The position numbers and the translations under genes were made by a program. This document shows, in pieces, positions 10,801-23,405 of a stretch of 64,000 nt of DNA. Origin of the DNA: Eledone cirrhosa (lineage: Eukaryota); the NCBI GenBank assembly GCA_964016885.1, contig OZ024747.1:30504001-30568000 (forward strand). The letters are read 5' to 3'. Below the pieces are notes generated by a model. That model did not search any database and was not told the DNA's origin. It saw only the letters and a list, made by a program, of their open reading frames with translations. Positions within the stretch are counted from its first letter, which is position 1. Every line of letters starts with the position of its first letter.

Positions 10801-13483
10801 GTTAGTTGGTGATGGTGGACACTTGTTTGGACGTCACTTCCACACATGTATTGAATACATGCCATATATGTTTAGTTCTCTGACAATTATATATCTGTAC
10901 ATACATACATTCAAAGTATAATTTCTAAGTTTGTAAGAAACTCCTTTCTAGAAATAACTTCTGGAAAGAAGAGGAAATGTGTGATGACTAAACAAGTATC
11001 TTCCACCTTTAACTAACTTTCCCTCTGCCTCTGGGTCCTTGCTGACAGGATGGAGAATACATTGCCCTGGAGGTCGGTGAGGGAGATGAGCTGGACAGCC
11101 ATTCCACATTCAAAGTTGAACAGTAACAGGAAAACTAATTACAATTACAGATCTGCTGAAAATATGTCTACTATTAGGTATAAGGGTCGTTAGTTTGTTG
11201 TCCGTAATTATTAATGTCTTATACACTTTCCATTACAAACTGATTTGCTTATACAATGATGTCATCTGAGTGTAAACATATTACAACTGCTTTTTTTTGC
11301 AACTGTTGTCAGCTGTAGTAGACTTTGCAATTTTATAACTATAAATATTGTTGCAAATGTTTTTTTTATAGTTTATATTTTAAAATGCATGCATATTCCT
11401 ATTTGTGATAAATATTCCCTATCTCTATTTGTAGTAAACATTGAATATATTGTAAACAAAAGATAGAGGAAGTGAACAGGTTAAAGGTTTAGGTGTTGAA
11501 ATATGCTGAAGATTTACAGTATTCTTATGAATATACTGCAGCCAATACTCAAATTGTCAATATCAACTGTGAGAATTAATAACTTGTCAGTAAATATTGT
11601 ATATAGAATGAAGTTACATATAATGGTTAAAGAAGATGTCAGTGAAATTATATTAATTGCTAGTGTGGAAGAAAAGGAGTGACAAATACACTAACATAAA
11701 AAAGAAAAGTTGTGTCAATTATCAAATAATTTAGTTGCAATATTTGTAAGAAAACTAAATATATATAAAAGTAGTTTGTATCTCTCAACACCGTATTTTC
11801 TGAGGATTAATAACAAACTCTATACTTGTGAATTCTGTTCATCCTATTTCTCTTGTCAGTATTCTATAATTAGTATATTTATATTTTCCTATTTATCATT
11901 TAAACATGTAAGGGGGATTATTTAAAGCTTTCAGAAGGAAGCAAAGCGGTCACTAATAAAAATAGATAAACAAACAGAGACAAAAGAAGATAAATTTCCC
12001 CCACAAAACATATAAAGACTATCAGGAAATTTAATTCTGAAGATGTCGTAAAGGCTAGTATAATAATGCTTCATGTTTAACCTAATGAACCTGAATAACA
12101 TTTTAAAACCATTTTCTGTCAATTTAGATAATTTGTTTCAAATGTTATCTTCTCTGGAAATATTCTTGTCTGTTTTCTTAAGTACCTTATGGGCTCCAAT
12201 AAAACTTCTCAAGGTTCCTTAGTGTATTCAATTTTCCTGTTTTGTTTCCCTTAAAATATCATCATTCTAAACAGTTTGGCATCACATTATACAAATAGAA
12301 AATATTACAAAATATTATTTGTGTTCTTTTGTAGCTATAAATCACAACTGACTCAATCGATCATGTTGCAACAAAGATGTATGTGCAGCCAATGTCATAA
12401 CCAATATGCCTACATCAACGAGGTGTTGTATTACCATGTCAGACATAGGAAAATCAGTACCCTTACATTTGGGACAAACCTCATATTTGCAGACTATTTT
12501 TAAAGGTATTAGGGCATAAATTTAGTGAGTTTCATCAACAAAGACTTTGTTTTGATGTTGCATCATCTTTGGTTTTAGGTACACTTTTCCATGTTGGTTT
12601 GGGTTAGTTGGGACTTTTGAAGGCAATGTGTTACAACAAGATACCCTTCCTCATACTAACCATTTTAGTAACTTCTTATGGCATACAGGGATATGGTGTA
12701 CCTATTCTAAGCTAGATACATAGGTAAATCAGTCTGTTCGAGCCATTCCATTTCTAGAATATTTACTAGAAATAAGTATCCAATTCAGGGCCTTCTCATT
12801 CCTGCTGGAAGAACCACTCCCTAGTTGACCTCCATCACTTTCTGTTTGATTTTGACCATGTTAAGGGTATAGCCATACTCACCACGCTTGGCCAATTGCA
12901 GATTGGTGTGGCTATTTAATCCATAGTTGGGGTGGATGGCTGTTGACTTTGAGGAGTTCACCAGCCCTCTTTTTTAACAGCTTTTGTTTATTGTGTTGCT
13001 TTTGTTGGCAGTATTGCCTTAGAAATCTGATACAAGTTATAGTTGTCAAAGCAAAGAGTTTATTTTAAAGTGGATCTCACAATATAATAACACATTTTAT
13101 TGTATAGACTCCGAGGAGTTCATCTGCCCTTTTAAGTATCATGACTACAAGATGTGAGTGAAATGAAAATAGTTGAATTGAATTTTGAACTTATATCACT
13201 GACTTGGCTTACCAGAAGCTTCATACCACTACATATCTTTCTCACTTTCTTTCTATTATATAAAAACACACACATTCTTTTTTTTTTACTTGTTTCTGTC
13301 AGTAGACTGTAGCCATCCTAAGACACCACTTTAGTTTAATCAATTATATCGCCCCTAGTTCTAATTTTTTCAAACCTGTTAATAATTTCATCAATCTCTC
13401 ATTTGTCAATCCACTAGGTTATGGAACATAAATGCAGAGGGTCACAAATGTAAATATAGACACAGGCATACAATATATGTACA

Positions 13484-13517
<34 letters not shown>

Positions 13518-13541
13518 CATGCATATATATATATATATATA

Positions 13542-14749
13542 CAGGGAAAAATGCGGGCGCATGTAAAGAAATATTCTTAAATTAATAAACCTAGAAAAGT
13601 AAAGGACAAGTTATTACACCTGGAAAAGTAAAGGACAAGAAAACTTCTTAAAACTTCTTAAAATATTGCAGCTATAGTATAAATTTGAATAATAAAAAAT
13701 ATTTGATTTAAATATACATAGAAAGTGATAAATTCTAATAATACAGTTGACTCTCTAATTGATAATAATACTAATTTATGATCATTTATTTAATTTTGTG
13801 ATCCTAATTTACACCATAGTGGTTGGGTCATTAAATAAATATACTTTATTTTACTTTACTAAATGGGACTGAAAAAATGAGTGACAATTATAAACATCAA
13901 ATAAAACAAAATTTTGGCGTGTAAATGACACTAACAATTAATTAATAATTAATTAGGGAGCCAACTGTAATGATAAATAATAACAAATTATAATTGTTTA
14001 ATAATGAAATTTAAGACCTGTCAGAGATCAAAATAACCAATCTACATTTTTAGGTAGAGTAAAATTAGACTACAATTAAAAATTAAACATTGTCTAATTC
14101 AACAGTTCATCTAATGAATTGATGAATTCACTATAATTGATTGATTCACTATAAATGAATAATTGATGAATTGACTTTTACCTAATTTTGCCCCTTGAGA
14201 TGTTGAATTTTACTATATTATAAAAAAAATCTGTAATACTCATAAAAAGTGCAATTATATGATGCACTGTTTTTGATTTATTTTACTGCATTATTTTATA
14301 ACTAAATTTTTAAAAATATAATTTGATTAAGAGTGAAAATTTTTAAATATCTTATAACATAAATTAATAAATTGTACATATTAATTATTATTATTATTAT
14401 TATTAATTAATTATTGTACAAATTATTGTACAAATTTTATTTTAAAAAGATTAATTTGTATACACCAAGAAAAAAATTAAGTATACAGTAGTCAACTCTC
14501 CCTATAAGACAGTCATTTTTCCAGTCCTTTAAAGTGATATTTTTTTAACAATTAACTTATAATTATTTATTTTTAGTTTTATAATCTAAATATTTTTTTT
14601 CAAATTTAGACTTTAGCTGCAATATTTTAAGAAGTTTTAAGAAGAAGTTTTCTTGTCCTTTACTTTTCCAGGTGTAATAACTTGTCCTTTACTTTTCTAG
14701 GTTTATTAATTTAAGAATATTTCTTTACATGCGCCCGCATTTTTCCCTG
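13542..14749. mobile_element. TA-flanked fold-back/MITE-like element with ~150-bp terminal inverted repeats
   Basis: TA|CAGGGAAAAATGCGGGCGCATGTAAAG... and ...CTTTACATGCGCCCGCATTTTTCCCTG|TA. The interior is AT-rich and non-coding. Confidence 0.75.
13744..13967. mobile_element. Small nested Tc1/pogo-like MITE
   Basis: TA|CAGTTGACTCTCTAATT ... AATTAGGGAGCCAACTG|TA. Confidence 0.55.
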
Positions 14750-14862
14750 TAATCCACTTTTTTTCCAGGCAATGCAAGGATATTATATTAATATTAAAAA
14801 TATTTATCAACAAATAAGTTAAATAAATAATAATGAATAGGAAGAAGTGCAGATAGGAAAAG

Positions 14863-14935
14863 TAATCAGGGTGGGAATCGAACCCACGACCTTCGGATTG
14901 CCGATCCGCTGCTCTACCGACTGAGCTACCTGACC
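14863..14935 (-). pseudogene. tRNA-like cloverleaf (anticodon position GGC); probable pseudogene or element-borne tRNA mimic
   Basis: GGTCAGG-TA-GCTC-AGTCGGTA-GAGC-A-GCGGA-TCGGCAA-TCCGA-AGGTC-GTGGG-TTCGATT-CCCAC-CCTGATT-A. A and B boxes are intact, but position 33 is C instead of U and the acceptor stem has two terminal G-U pairs. Confidence 0.7.
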
Positions 14936-15239
14936 ACAATTCACTATTGTACAATCTATCACTATTTTAATGTATTAGAAATTAGAAACAAACTAAGCGT
15001 TACTTATGTATGTAGTTCCTTACACTCTTTTGGTCCTCACTTATTTTTATGTAATTTTTTTTCTACTGAACCAAATTTCAATATTTTTATGTCAAAAAGT
15101 AGCTTATCTGTGGTCCTATGAAGTGCAAAAATCTGCATCCAATTCTATCAAAAATTGAATTAGTGACAAAGCTTTGAAGGTGTCGCGAGTGACCGAAATG
15201 GGACCTTAAGAATATTATACATCTACTACTGTAGGTGTA

Positions 15240-15269
<30 letters not shown>

Positions 15270-15277
<8 letters not shown>

Positions 15278-15610
15278 ATACTTTGGGAGGGTCATGTTCC
15301 CAATAAGAAACACACGCACCAGTTGCTTTCACTTCAATTTATTATAATAAATTTATAAATTTAGGAATTTATAAATTTCTGGTTGGTTGGTTGGTTCCAC
15401 AACCAGATAGTTGTTTATATATTGAAGAGGTCACAGAATGTGTGACGAAAGAACTTTAACAATATATAAACAACTATCTGGTTGTGGAACCAACCAACCA
15501 GAAATTTATAAATTCCTAAATTTATAAATTTATTATAATAAATTGAAGTGAAAGCAACTGGTGCGTGTGTTTCTTATTGGCAACATGACTCTCCCAAAGT
15601 ATAACAATAT
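15270..15610. mobile_element. Fold-back element, ~155-bp arms, hammerhead-like core in the loop
   Basis: The arms are near-perfect reverse complements. The loop reads TTGAAGAG-GTCACA(GAATG)TGTGAC-GAAAG-AA-CT-T. Adjacent to (TA)n. Confidence 0.8.
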
Positions 15611-15664
15611 CGGTTTCAACACACAATTTCAGATAAAGAATCTTGCTAAACAAATTCAGAAATG

Positions 15665-15723
<59 letters not shown>

Positions 15724-15739
15724 TATAAATATATATATA

Positions 15740-15960
15740 ATGGTTTCTGATTTAGGCACAAGGCCAACAATTTTGGGGGAAAGTTAAAGTCAATTAAATT
15801 GACCCCAGTCCATGACTGGTACTTTATTTTATCGACCCCGTAAGGATAAAAGGCAAAGTTAACCTCAGCAGGATTTAAAATCAGATCATAAAGGGCCATA
15901 ACTCTATGCTGCAAAGCATAGTGTCCGACTCTCAACCGATACTGCCAATCCACCAGCCCC
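15740..15960 (-). mobile_element. SINE family A
   Basis: Reverse complement of the family A body and head. Confidence 0.75.
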
Positions 15961-16265
15961 TGCCAATCTACCAGCCCTAATAATAATAATAATAATAATA
16001 ATGAGCAGGACCAAAGTATCAATATACCATCATATGTTTATTCACACATGACACCCATTTCACAATTGATCAGCTCAAGGTACATTTGGTAGTGATCAGA
16101 CCCAACTTTGGAGTAGTTCATCAGTAACCAGACCCAAATATCTGAGTGCTCAAAGTGGTGAACCATCAGTAACTAAACATTAAACACCAAAACACTATAT
16201 ATGACCGCAACGGATGATGATGAAAAAAAAAGGAAAAAAGAGTGCTCTATGTATAGAACAGAGCT

Positions 16266-17469
16266 ATTTAATTAGAAAGTGAACAATACAATATATAACT
16301 ACTCCATTACCAAAGGTTTCTAGATCCCAGACAATATTAATATACGTCTGGATCGGTCATCAGACAGAGATGTTATAGATAAGAAATATGAAATGAGATT
16401 TAAAATCTATTAAAAATTGGAAGTGAGGCTGGAAAAATAACGGAAAATATACATAAGAAAAAATATATAAAAGAAGGGTAAGAAAAATAATATATAAAAA
16501 AATATAGCAATATATAAAAAAAGACACATATGTGTATACATATACACATACACATTCACACATATACACACATTCAGATATAAGTAAAATATATATACAT
16601 ACATGTATACATATATACATAAACATACATGTACACGGACATACACATATACACACACATAAATACATATACAGACATATACATACACACACATATACAT
16701 ATACACACAGACATATATTATAAATATATATATACATGTATATATATATATATATACATACAAATAAAAGGCAGAGTTAATAACTCATACATATATATAT
16801 ATATAAATATATACACTATGGCTACGAGCTCATTAGTAAAAAAAATAGTATAACAAATATGCATGCAAATACATATATATATACATGGCATAGACACAAG
16901 AGTATAAACACACTAGTCTGCAAACACATACATACGTAAATACATACGTATATATAAAGGTGGTCTATAGATATTTGACCGCCTTCTCAGTTTGTATGGC
17001 CTTTATAACCTATGTTTATTGCTCTGGTCTTTTTAGCCCATGGAGCGCTTGCCAGCATGACTTGCAATTTGCATTATGTTTCACTTTTTCTACCCGCCGA
17101 AATGCGATTCTCGCTGAATTTATATGTACATGTATGTTTGTATATATAAGTATACATGTATGTATATACACACATATATATATTTTACTTATATCTGAAT
17201 GTGTGTATATGTGTGAATATGTATACACATGTGTCTTTTTTTATATATTGCTATATTTTTTTATATATTATTTTTTCTTATGTATATTTCCCGTTATTTT
17301 TCCAGCCTCACTTCCAATTTTTAACAGATTTTAAATTTCATTTCATATTTCTTATCTATAACATAGATGACCGATAACCGATCCAGACGTATATTAATAT
17401 TGTCTGGGATCCAGAAACCTTTGGTAGTGGAGTAGTTATATATTGTGTTGTTCACCTTCTAATTAAATA
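16266..17469. repeat. Diverged long inverted repeat (~350-bp arms, ~490-bp spacer)
   Basis: 16266-16635 versus 17125-17469, e.g. GATCCCAGACAATATTAATATACGTCTGGATCGG / CCGATCCAGACGTATATTAATATTGTCTGGGATC. The right arm ends in (TA)n. Confidence 0.85.
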
Positions 17470-18296
17470 TATATATATATATATTATTTATTTATGTTGA
17501 AACATGGAACAAGGTGTTACCCAAGGTTTCAAGGTTTCAAGGTCCATATTTGATTATACCTCAAGAAAAGATGGTCTACAACAGCTCTGGGCAGATACGT
17601 TCTTTAGCAGCCCCCAAAAGGATGAAAGCTAAAGAGCAATTTTGCACGATTTGAACTCAAGTGCAGAGAGCTAGAACAAATATTCAATGCTATGGGGGCT
17701 CTACTGAAATCTCTGTTGCAGGCAATGAATCACAAAGAGAAATCAAAAAGACATACAGATGTAATAACTATAAACTAAAAGAAAAACTAAAAGTAAAAGC
17801 AGACTATTTCATGAACAATTTTCAAGTTTCTTTCAATTTATCTAAATAGAATATCAGCAGTAAAAGAATTACAGATAAGAATTATTGTTAACTCATCTTT
17901 TTCTCCATTAGAATAAAAAATACTTTTGTTGCACTCCAAAGATGATATTAACTTCACTTAAACCTAGTGAATAAATAATTGGAGGCTAGACTTCCCATTA
18001 AAGATTAAAAATAGAAATTAAGTACTGAGGACAATATTTCATTAGAAAAAATTTAATGTTTAATTACTATAATTTGATTTCCCACCCGACAGCTTATTTA
18101 AAAATTCATGTACTATAGATACATCATGCAATATAGATACATTTTACAAAAGGCTTCAATTTTAACTTCTAAAACAAATGTGTTCTCTGTCTTTTCCAAC
18201 ATATAACCATCAAATCAAATTTTTCTGTGAACATAAAACTAGCTTCCTTGTTGCTACCAGTTCTACATTGTCCAAGCATACATCATTATTTCTATT

Positions 18297-18415
18297 CTGA
18301 GTTCAAATCCCGCCGAGGTTAACTTTGCCTTTCATCCTTACGGGGTCGATAAAATAAAGTACCAGTAATGCACTGGGTAATTGCTGGCCTTGTGCCTAAC
18401 GTAGAAACAATTATT
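18297..18415 (+). mobile_element. SINE family A, 5'-truncated
   Basis: B-box through tail match 801-994. Confidence 0.8.
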
Positions 18416-18895
18416 TGCATCACTATCTGAATATTTGCCACATCATCATCATCATCACTTAACATACATTTCTCCACGCTAAGCATGGGTTAGACAAGTT
18501 TTACCATTGTAAATCAAGTCAGATCAGATGGCCATGTCTTGCTCATACAGAACTGTTTCTGGCTTGGTTTCTATGGCTGGATGCCCCTCCATAACACTGA
18601 CTACATTTACAGCATGGATTGGGTGCCTTTTATTGTGGCACCAAAATGATCACTTTACAGTGTGGACTGGGCATTTTTTGTCATGACATCTACACAACCA
18701 TTTTACAGTGTCGACAGGGCACTTCAATATATTTTGAATGAATACACATTATTTAGAACATTGTATTAAATTCAACTGTATATAGTTGTAGATAATTCTA
18801 TTTTTTTATTTTTTATTAATTAAATAAATCAGTTATGAAACACTACACACAATGTATCTACTAAACTTTGTTTTGGCTTGAAATATTAAATTAAA

Positions 18896-19070
18896 TAATT
18901 GTTTCTACTATTGGCACAAGGCCAGAAATTACCCAGTACATTACTGGTACTTTATTTTATCGACCCCGTAAGGATGAAAGGCAAAGTTAACCTCGGCGGG
19001 ATTTGAACTCAGAATAGCAAGGGCCGTAACTCTATGCATCAAAGCATGGCGTCCGACCCTCTACCGATTA
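18896..19070 (-). mobile_element. SINE family A
   Basis: Reverse complement match, inverted relative to the 18297 copy. Confidence 0.8.
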
Positions 19071-19389
19071 AATAAAATAATGAAGCCAAAATATTATAAA
19101 TACAATGGATGTAACCTATATCAAAGTATATATTGTAATCAAGTTTTAAATCTTTTAATCAAGTCTACTCCATTCCAGTTCAATTTCATGGTCATACACA
19201 ACCATCATGATCATCCTCATAATCATTGTTTAATGTATATTTTCCACACTAGCAGTGGGTTAGACAGCTTGTCCCATTTAAGGCAAGTCAGGTTAGATGA
19301 TCAAGTCATGCTCATACAGAACTGATTCTGGCTTGGTTTCTATGGCTGGATGCCTTTTCTAATGCCAACCACATTTACAGTGCCTTTTG

Positions 19390-19570
19390 TGGGTATTTAG
19401 GATGACATTGATTTTTAAGGGTATTTATGACCATATGTTTTGAGGGTATTTAGGACAACATCATCTTGTTTGGTATTTAGGACCACATCGTCTTTTGGAG
19501 GTATTTAGGATGACATTATCTTTTGCAGGTATTTAGGATGACCTTGTCTTTTGGAGATATTTAGGCCAAT
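19390..19570. repeat. Minisatellite, ~28-29-bp unit, ~7 copies
   Basis: Repeated GGTATTTAGGA(T/C)GACATT.TCTTTTG. Confidence 0.8.
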
Positions 19571-20980
19571 GCAACGTTTATCCAATACAACGTTTTCTTA
19601 TTATTTAACTCATAACTTCCTGTTGTGGTATAGTTGAAAATATCTAAAAATAGGTTTCTTAATTCAAATATGTATAGCCACTTTACTAGTCGTGAACACT
19701 TTACTAGCTGTGAACATTTGCACCAAACTAATGTAATGTCTTTAAATTTTGATGTGATGTAGTCTTGCTAATGTGGTTTTGTGTGGTTAAGGACATTAAG
19801 TGTTGACAGTAGGGAAATTTGGCTGATATTTAGAGCAAACTGAGTGACAATATAGAAACACCTTTATTAGCTTGTATAGCAAAATTATTATATATTTCTA
19901 TGTAAAGCACTGGAAAATGTTTAAGAAGTTGCTTCTAATATGAGAGGTGTAAAATGCTGGACTACCAATGTCTTTATTTCTCTGAGAAGTACACTTAATT
20001 TTAGGTCTCTCTGTCTCTGTGGCAGGATAAATCACCCCTCCCCGCTGTTTTAGAAAATCATGAACCATAGACAACAAGCTATTCAGAGGAAGATTTCTCT
20101 CTCATCTGCTTACCCTTCAAAATCTAGAGGTAAGCACTGTTCTTATGGGAATCTGACAATGTTAAAGAATTTCCTTTTAACTATTTCTAAAAGCAAAATT
20201 AATACGAAAGCCATGTTTTTCACAACAAGGTTGTTGTTCTATTGAATGGTGTCTCTAATATTAGTTTTTATATTTAGCAGGCTATTCTATATAGTTATGT
20301 TCTCTAATATTAATATCAGAATCTTTCTTACCAAAATTACATCCCCACTTTACCACAACCATTTACTGCCTCAGCTTTGATAGATATAATCAAAGCAGAC
20401 ACATTTCTTATGATATCAATCTCAATGAGTCATAGATGTTTCCTGAATATAGAGTAGATCAATGACAGTCCTATGAAAGATGACTAAAGACGATTTTTTT
20501 TTTATACTGAATAATTCTGAAGACATTTTATTTGATGTTCAAATACAAAACTGGCAGCATTTCGGTTAAGAAGTTGGAATGTTGATTAGAGAAATTCCAT
20601 TTCCCTTCATTTTATGGAAATATTTGATAGTGACCAGTTGAAAATACAAGATCAGAGGAAGTTCCTAAATTACAATTAAATATGCTTTTAGGAAATCAAA
20701 CAAAAGTTTTCTTTATTTTATTTAATCTACAGTAGTCATTATGTTTTAATTAACATAAGTGAAGATGGCTAAGACAGTACAACATAGATTTATTTATTTA
20801 ATTATTTATTTATTCAATATCACAATTTGTGAACAATACCATTGTCAATTACAGGCTTCTAATAGGCAAGTCATTGGTTGAATACGTTTCTGATGATGAT
20901 GAGAATGACAATGGAATGTCATTGGTTTCCTGGTTTCTCACTGATGTTTATATCATGTAGTGGTATAAACAAGGTGTGTG

Positions 20981-21011
<31 letters not shown>

Positions 21012-21053
21012 TAATTCTGGCAATATTACACAAATATGACCCTCCCCAAGTAT

Positions 21054-21088
<35 letters not shown>

Positions 21089-21276
21089 ACACCCTGGCTC
21101 TCCAAAACCTTGACGATGACAACCTCTACTCCAAGGTCACGGGAATCACTCCCGCGCAGATAGAAGAGCACATCAACGCCGCCTGGACCAACATCTGCGA
21201 CCGGTGAAAGCTCCCGAAGAAGCTGAGATACAACTTCCTCACGAGGAACAGCAGACTACCCGCCTTCTACCACCTC

Positions 21277-22701
21277 GTGAAAACACACAAACAGGGACCC
21301 GACCTGAAGATCAGGCCCATCGTATCGAGGGTGGAGGGACCACTCTACAAAATTTCATGGCTCCTAGCCAGAATACTCAAACCCATCTTAGACACCTTGC
21401 CGGGACACGTTAACAGCTCCGAGGAGGTGTTGAAGCGCCTGCATCAAATGGATCCCGACACCAGAAGGAATAACAGATATGCCTTCAGCCTTGATGTAGT
21501 CGCTCTCTACACCTCGGTCCCAGCACTCCCGGCTGTCAATATACTGATGGAACGCGTCCAATCCACCGACCTACACTGCTTCGGGCTCACCACCACTGAC
21601 ATCCACCAACTCCTATCCATCGTCGTCGACAACACCTACTTCGGATTCCTTGACCAAACATACCAACAAACCTCGGGATTTCCCATGGGATCAAGCCTAT
21701 CAGGTGCGCTAGCGATCTCTTACATGGACAACCTCGAACGCAAGGCTCTCAACGCCTGCCACCCCAACGCCGTAGCCTTTTTCTCAAGGTACGTGGACGA
21801 TATCCTCATCCTCACATCTTCCCAAGACACGGCGAACAGAATCTATGAGACGTTCAACAACACGGACGAGAACATTGACTTCAGTGTTGAACACCCCAAC
21901 AAAGACGGGTCACTTGCCCTCCTTGACTTCCGAATCAACATCACGGAACAGGGAAGGATCCACTGCAACTTCTACCGAAAGGCAGCCTGCAGGGACCTGT
22001 TCGTTCACTACAAGTCCGCCCTCCCTAACAGTGCCAAAAGAGGATACATCACGAACGAGATCACGCGAATCAAAAACAGATGCAGCGATCCTGCGAGTGG
22101 TGTCACTCATACCAACCGATTCCTCGAGGTGCTGGAGACGAACGGGTACCCTACCTCGATCACAGACAGAATAGGAGACACCAGACACAAGAGACAGAGA
22201 GGCACCCAAGGCAAGTGCTTCCTTAAAATGCCACACCTGGGCGAGAATACCACCAACGCTATCCGCAAGGCTATACGGAGGGAGGGCCTCGACATCCACC
22301 TGGCCCACTCGGGCCACTCCCTGCGAAGATGCCTCTCCAGGAAACCCAGGAAATCTACTGACGCATGCTCCCTCAGAGACTGCCCGATACGCCATGTGAA
22401 CTGTTGCCTACGCACATACGTCGTGTATAAGATAGAATGTGACAGGTGCAACCAATACTACATAGGTAGCACAATCCGACCTTTGCACATCTGGATCAAG
22501 GAACACACTAAAACCAGGGCCTCGTCTTTCCGGAAACACATAGACAAATGCGGAAACAAAGACAGAAGGCTCATTGTCACAATTCTAGCGACTGAAAGAA
22601 ACGTCGGCACGTTACGTATCAAGGAAGCGCTTTTTATCAAACGCCTGCAACCGCATATAAACAACCGATCAGAGAGAAGCGAAATGAGATGGCTGGTTTA
22701 A
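21277..22701 (+). CDS. Penelope-like element 2a: 5'-truncated RT + Zn-linker + GIY-YIG ORF (element ~21085-23405)
   Basis: KTHK..RPIVS, SLDVVALYT, GFPMGS, RYVDD, VVYKIECDRCNQYYIGST..L..KEH, EALFI..LQP.IN. The conserved Arg is W here and R in copy 2b. Confidence 0.93.
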   Translation: MKTHKQGPDLKIRPIVSRVEGPLYKISWLLARILKPILDTLPGHVNSSEEVLKRLHQMDPDTRRNNRYAFSLDVVALYTSVPALPAVNILMERVQSTDLHCFGLTTTDIHQLLSIVVDNTYFGFLDQTYQQTSGFPMGSSLSGALAISYMDNLERKALNACHPNAVAFFSRYVDDILILTSSQDTANRIYETFNNTDENIDFSVEHPNKDGSLALLDFRINITEQGRIHCNFYRKAACRDLFVHYKSALPNSAKRGYITNEITRIKNRCSDPASGVTHTNRFLEVLETNGYPTSITDRIGDTRHKRQRGTQGKCFLKMPHLGENTTNAIRKAIRREGLDIHLAHSGHSLRRCLSRKPRKSTDACSLRDCPIRHVNCCLRTYVVYKIECDRCNQYYIGSTIRPLHIWIKEHTKTRASSFRKHIDKCGNKDRRLIVTILATERNVGTLRIKEALFIKRLQPHINNRSERSEMRWLV

Positions 22702-23029
22702 GTTAACAAACGATGCAGCAACACACAACATACGCACACACACACACACACAAACGAGACAACTACACACACACACGCACACACACACAGTAGCATTCCA
22801 CCATACGTACATACTACACTGCCAATACTGAGGAACAAGGCAACAACACACACACACACACACTCAAGCGAGGCAACAACACACGCACACACACACACAG
22901 TAACATTTAACAAACAGGCAGAGAATGGACTGACAGCTAGCGCCACCCCACTCCCTCATTCGGCCGCTGACCTCTGCCCGACCGACCCCATTTCACGCGC
23001 ACGCGCGCTCTGCCGAATACCTCGGGTAT

Positions 23030-23405
23030 TCAAAACAACAAACGGCGGAGGATGCGTTTCGCACCTGTCCGACAGACAACCTTTTCCCCCACCCCAGAAA
23101 AAAACCCCAGTTGATGGATGTGAATCCGAAATATATAGGGACTATTAAATCTCTCCCAAGGTAACTCTCTCTTGTGTTCTTATTTTTATTTTTATTTCAT
23201 CCTTTATACTCTTCTCTTCATTCTTCTACACATCTTACACATCTTATACACACCACGCATCGCAACGTACACCCACTTACATCTCTCTCTCCGCCACCGG
23301 ATCTTGTTACCCGGAGATTTACCCATTTGCATTGTCGAGGCTTCCAAACGACTTAAAGATATTTACTTATTATTCCACAATGCTTCAAGCAAACTTCAAT
23401 ACTCT
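23030..23405 (+). repeat. Pseudo-LTR between tandem PLE copies, with atypical hammerhead (23105-23140), ATTAAA and a putative splice donor at 23161
   Basis: Lies between the end of ORF 2a and the ATG of 2b (~23380). Homologous to 6895-7240 and 25816-25870. Confidence 0.8.

Noticed and set aside
14863-14935. Functional tRNA-Ala(GGC)
   Set aside because: C33, a mismatch at the base of the anticodon stem, no G3-U70 Ala determinant, and a repeat context.
15170-15210. TTGAAGG-GTCG(CGAG)TGAC-CGAAA hammerhead-like motif
   Set aside because: Core deviates at C3 and A9, with no U16.1 or stem I. At best a decayed relic.
16360-17377. Numerous YIYI/VCVC/HTHT ORFs here and throughout the window
   Set aside because: They are translations of (TA)n/(CA)n/(TG)n microsatellites, not genes.
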